Source: Candidatus Bathyarchaeota archaeon
GTDB taxonomy: Archaea > Thermoproteota > Bathyarchaeia > Bathyarchaeales > Bathycorpusculaceae
Length of the DNA stretch: 64,000 nucleotides
NCBI GenBank assembly: GCA_963707955.1
Contig: OY970176.1
Span: 1,984,001 to 2,048,000, forward strand
Direction of reading: 5' to 3'
Shown: positions 61,199-64,000 of the stretch, in pieces
Position numbering within the stretch: the first letter of the stretch is position 1
Layout: every line of letters starts with the position of its first letter
The notes under the pieces: model-generated
The model's input: only the letters and a program-made list of their open reading frames with translations
Database searches by the model: none
Told to the model about the DNA's origin: nothing
Position numbers and translations under genes: made by a program

Positions 61199-61588
61199 AT
61201 GCGTGAGGAAAGGAATGCTCCGGAAAAGGCTTCTGACCTCGAGTTCAGAGCATCAGTGGTGCAGCTGATCTTGAACGGGAAGGTCGAGGCAGCCTTGGGA
61301 CTCCTTGCGGAACAGTACAACGTCGATTTACCTCGCATAAGAGTGGGGTTGCCTGGCCGTCACAGAAAAAACACTCTTGGCTGCTACACGGCGAAGAACC
61401 AGACTATAACCGTTCTGAACAGTGACACGCTTAAGGAACCAGCTGTGGTCCTGCACGAGTTTTATCATCACCTGCGCACCTCGATAGATAAGAAGCACAG
61501 GGGAACAGAAAAGTACGCAGGTGAGTTCGCTATGGAATTCATCGAAGCATACGTATCCTCAATCGCGGACAAGAATCAGCGCCTATGA
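61199..61588 (+). CDS. Small HExxH metalloprotease-like protein
   Basis: GCY..TITV..VVLHEFYHHL..TEKYA. Confidence 0.72.
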   Translation: MREERNAPEKASDLEFRASVVQLILNGKVEAALGLLAEQYNVDLPRIRVGLPGRHRKNTLGCYTAKNQTITVLNSDTLKEPAVVLHEFYHHLRTSIDKKHRGTEKYAGEFAMEFIEAYVSSIADKNQRL

Positions 61589-61771
61589 AGAGCACTCAGA
61601 AAAGGACCAAGTGTAACTTCAGGATATTGCCTCATTTGTGATGATGGGCTGGGTCATCGAGTTTGTCGCGTAACGTGCGGTTTTTTCCAGCGCGCTACGC
61701 ACGAATCGTTGAAGAGCGCAATAATCACGACGATTGGGCGCAAAAGCATGTAACCTTAGAAAAGCTTTTTT

Positions 61772-62038
61772 GTGATGCTTGCGGGAATAGCATGCAAAGA
61801 ACTGAGGTTGCACAGGATGGATTTGGAGAAGGGTTTCTTGGGCGGTTTCTTCGTTCTGGGCTTCGGCCTGTTCATCGCGGGGTTTCTCACAGGAATGCTG
61901 GCTCTCGGCGTCTTGAACGTGGCGCCTGACTTTGCGACGTTGGGGCTCTTGATCTTCGCGGTCGGTTTCATCGTTGGAATGTTGACTATCGCGTTGACAC
62001 TCGTGGTCGTGAACCTGACCGGAGCGCAGAAGCCCTGA
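61772..62038 (+). CDS. Small two-TM membrane protein
   Basis: Hydrophobic ORF; probable start MDLEKG at 61817. Confidence 0.65.
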   Translation: MMLAGIACKELRLHRMDLEKGFLGGFFVLGFGLFIAGFLTGMLALGVLNVAPDFATLGLLIFAVGFIVGMLTIALTLVVVNLTGAQKP

Positions 62039-62107
62039 AGCGTGCTCGGAAAACCCGTATATACCGGAGAGAACTCGTAAGTTTTCGCCCATGCACGTCG
62101 TGTCAAG

Positions 62108-62647
62108 ATGAAAACATCGCTGCTTTTCCTCTGCGTGATGCTGACCTTTCTCGTGGTAACCACATTGACAGTTCACAGTCTTGCCCTGGCTGAGACGGCC
62201 AACTGGAGTGAAGTGGCGACGTTTACAGGCCTGGGAAGCGCGCGCGTGCGCGCGACCTCCTTCACAATAGGCCATCCTGAATGGCAGATCCAATGGGAAT
62301 TCGCCCCTGACCCAAACTTTACCGCGTACGCAGTTTTCATCGTTTCCGTTTATCCGCAGGGAAAAACCCAAAATGTAGCTTTTATCCACAGTATCGGTGG
62401 TTCACCTACCAGCGGAACCGTCAACGTTCACAATACAACCGGTGCTTTCTACATGAGCGTGCAGGCAGGAACACCAGGCATACTGAATTACACCCTGATC
62501 GTTGAACAGGACCTGAACTCGGTTCCGGAGTTTCCACCATCAACCATTCTGCCCTTGGCTCTTACGGCAGCGTTGCTGGTCACGATCGACCTGGCGTACC
62601 ACAAGCAACGGTCAAAAAAGTCTGAGTTAAGATTAAAAACTAATTAG
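62108..62647 (+). CDS. Secreted protein with PEF-CTERM-like sorting signal
   Basis: Signal peptide; VPEFP, TM, basic tail. Confidence 0.8.
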   Translation: MKTSLLFLCVMLTFLVVTTLTVHSLALAETANWSEVATFTGLGSARVRATSFTIGHPEWQIQWEFAPDPNFTAYAVFIVSVYPQGKTQNVAFIHSIGGSPTSGTVNVHNTTGAFYMSVQAGTPGILNYTLIVEQDLNSVPEFPPSTILPLALTAALLVTIDLAYHKQRSKKSELRLKTN

Positions 62648-62687
62648 TCGGTAAAACCTTCTAGCAAAGCAACTGCCGAGTGGAAGG

Positions 62688-63167
62688 ATGAAAGGCAAAG
62701 TCATCGTAATCATGGGTTCTGAACGCGACATAGAGTTCTGCCGTGAAATCGGCAAGTTTCTCAAGGCCTTGGGACTGAGCTTCTTGTTCCGCGTCGGGTC
62801 GGCTCACAAGACGCCGGAAAAAGTCTTGAAGACGCTGAAAGAGTACGAGGAAGAAAGAATCGTTTACATCACCGTTGCGGGAAGGTCTAACGCTCTCAGC
62901 GCCTTCGTCGACGCGAACACCACGAAACCAGTGATCGCCTGTCCGCCGTACTCGGAAAAGTTCAGCGGCGCAGACATCTACTCATCATTAAGGGTTCCCA
63001 GCGGAGTGGCCTCTCTGGTGACGCTTGAGCCTGAAGGAGCCGCCATCGCCGCCGCCAAGATCCTCGCAGTTGAAGATCAGCAGCTGGAAAAGCGCGTGGA
63101 AGCCTATCAGCTGGCAAAGAAGCGCGAGGTCGAAGAGGCTGACGAAAAGGTTAGGAAGCTGAAGTAG
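62688..63167 (+). CDS. purE: AIR carboxylase / N5-CAIR mutase
   Basis: IMGSERD, SAHKTP, AGRSNAL, PVIACPP, SSLRVPSGV. Confidence 0.95.
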   Translation: MKGKVIVIMGSERDIEFCREIGKFLKALGLSFLFRVGSAHKTPEKVLKTLKEYEEERIVYITVAGRSNALSAFVDANTTKPVIACPPYSEKFSGADIYSSLRVPSGVASLVTLEPEGAAIAAAKILAVEDQQLEKRVEAYQLAKKREVEEADEKVRKLK

Positions 63168-63176
63168 TGCAGAAAG

Positions 63177-64000
63177 ATGGGCACCGTAAAGGACCTGGAA
63201 ACAATCAGAGAACCGACCCAGGATAGCATGGGGACCGGGCGATTCCATTTTTCAGACAGGTACTCAGTGTTCGACTGGGGCGAGATGCCGGACCGTATCG
63301 CCGGGAAGGGAGCAGCCCTCTGTCTCATGGGGGCCTACTGCTTCGAAAGACTGGAGGAAAAGGGCATCAGAACCCATTACCGAGGCTTAATCGCTGAGAA
63401 CGGAAAAGTCTTCAAGCTCAAGGAGCTTAAGCGGCCTGTGAACACGATGGAGATAGACTTGGTCAACGTGTACAAGCCCGGCGCGCGGGTCAAGAATGGA
63501 AAACTATGCTACGACTACGGCCGATACACGGCGAGCCTCAAGAACTACCTGATCCCGCTTGAAATCATCTACCGAAACGGTCTGCCCGAAGGCTCCTCCG
63601 TGTTCAAACGGCTGGAGCAGGGCCAAGTCACCATTGAACAGCTCGGACTGACTCGCTACCCAAAACCTGGCGACAGGCTGTCAAAGCCGATGTTCGACGT
63701 GAGCACCAAGCTTGAAGAAAAAGACAGGTACCTGCCGTGGAAGGAAGCGCAGGAAATCGCAGGCCTGACGGATGAGGAGGTTAGCGAAGTCAAGGATCTG
63801 CTCTTGAGGGTTAACAGATTGATAACTCAGGTCGCTCTGAAGGCTGACTTGGAGAACGAGGATGGAAAGATAGAGTTGGCCTTCAACCCTGAAAGGAGGC
63901 TCATGGTTGTCGACGTTGTGGGCACGCTTGACGAGTGCAGGTTCACTTACGAAGGGCTTCACGTGAGCAAGGAGATCGCGAGGCAGTTCTACCGAGAGAC
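63177..64000 (+). CDS. purC: SAICAR synthetase (partial, runs off the window)
   Basis: MGTVKDL..FSDRYSVFDWGEMPD.I.GKGAALC..IPLEIIYRN..STKLE..DGKIELA..VDVVGTLDECRF. Confidence 0.93.
   Translation, partial: MGTVKDLETIREPTQDSMGTGRFHFSDRYSVFDWGEMPDRIAGKGAALCLMGAYCFERLEEKGIRTHYRGLIAENGKVFKLKELKRPVNTMEIDLVNVYKPGARVKNGKLCYDYGRYTASLKNYLIPLEIIYRNGLPEGSSVFKRLEQGQVTIEQLGLTRYPKPGDRLSKPMFDVSTKLEEKDRYLPWKEAQEIAGLTDEEVSEVKDLLLRVNRLITQVALKADLENEDGKIELAFNPERRLMVVDVVGTLDECRFTYEGLHVSKEIARQFYRE

Overview
Archaeal chromosome segment, most consistent with Bathyarchaeia (rpl15e-rpl13e-rnp3-rnp2, Cren7-like protein, cofE, intron-containing tRNAs, S-layer-like gene). This taxonomy is inferred from gene content only. 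From left to right: a type IV pilus-like locus and large surface proteins (1-15.5 kb, with six single-base frameshifts that look like sequencing artefacts); glycosylation, lipid and housekeeping genes; a ribosomal protein/RNase P operon followed by an unannotated C/D-box guide RNA; a three-gene operon coupling a radical SAM/SPASM enzyme to a membrane protein with a 10-Cys (Cys-Ala)n C-terminal tail (best candidate for an undescribed system); three tRNAs; a heat-shock regulator with Hsp20; XPB-Bax1; an accessory region (42.6-52 kb) with a cas1 remnant, a cargo-carrying IS6-like element with TIRs and TSD, an array of single-gene cassettes separated by a 30-bp repeat, and recurring GGGATAAAACTTTACCCC hairpins; then ABC exporter, mrp/hypA, purE and purC. 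A (GC)4 octamer is strongly enriched in non-coding DNA and at gene-fragment junctions. All family calls come from motif recognition by eye; no database searches were run.
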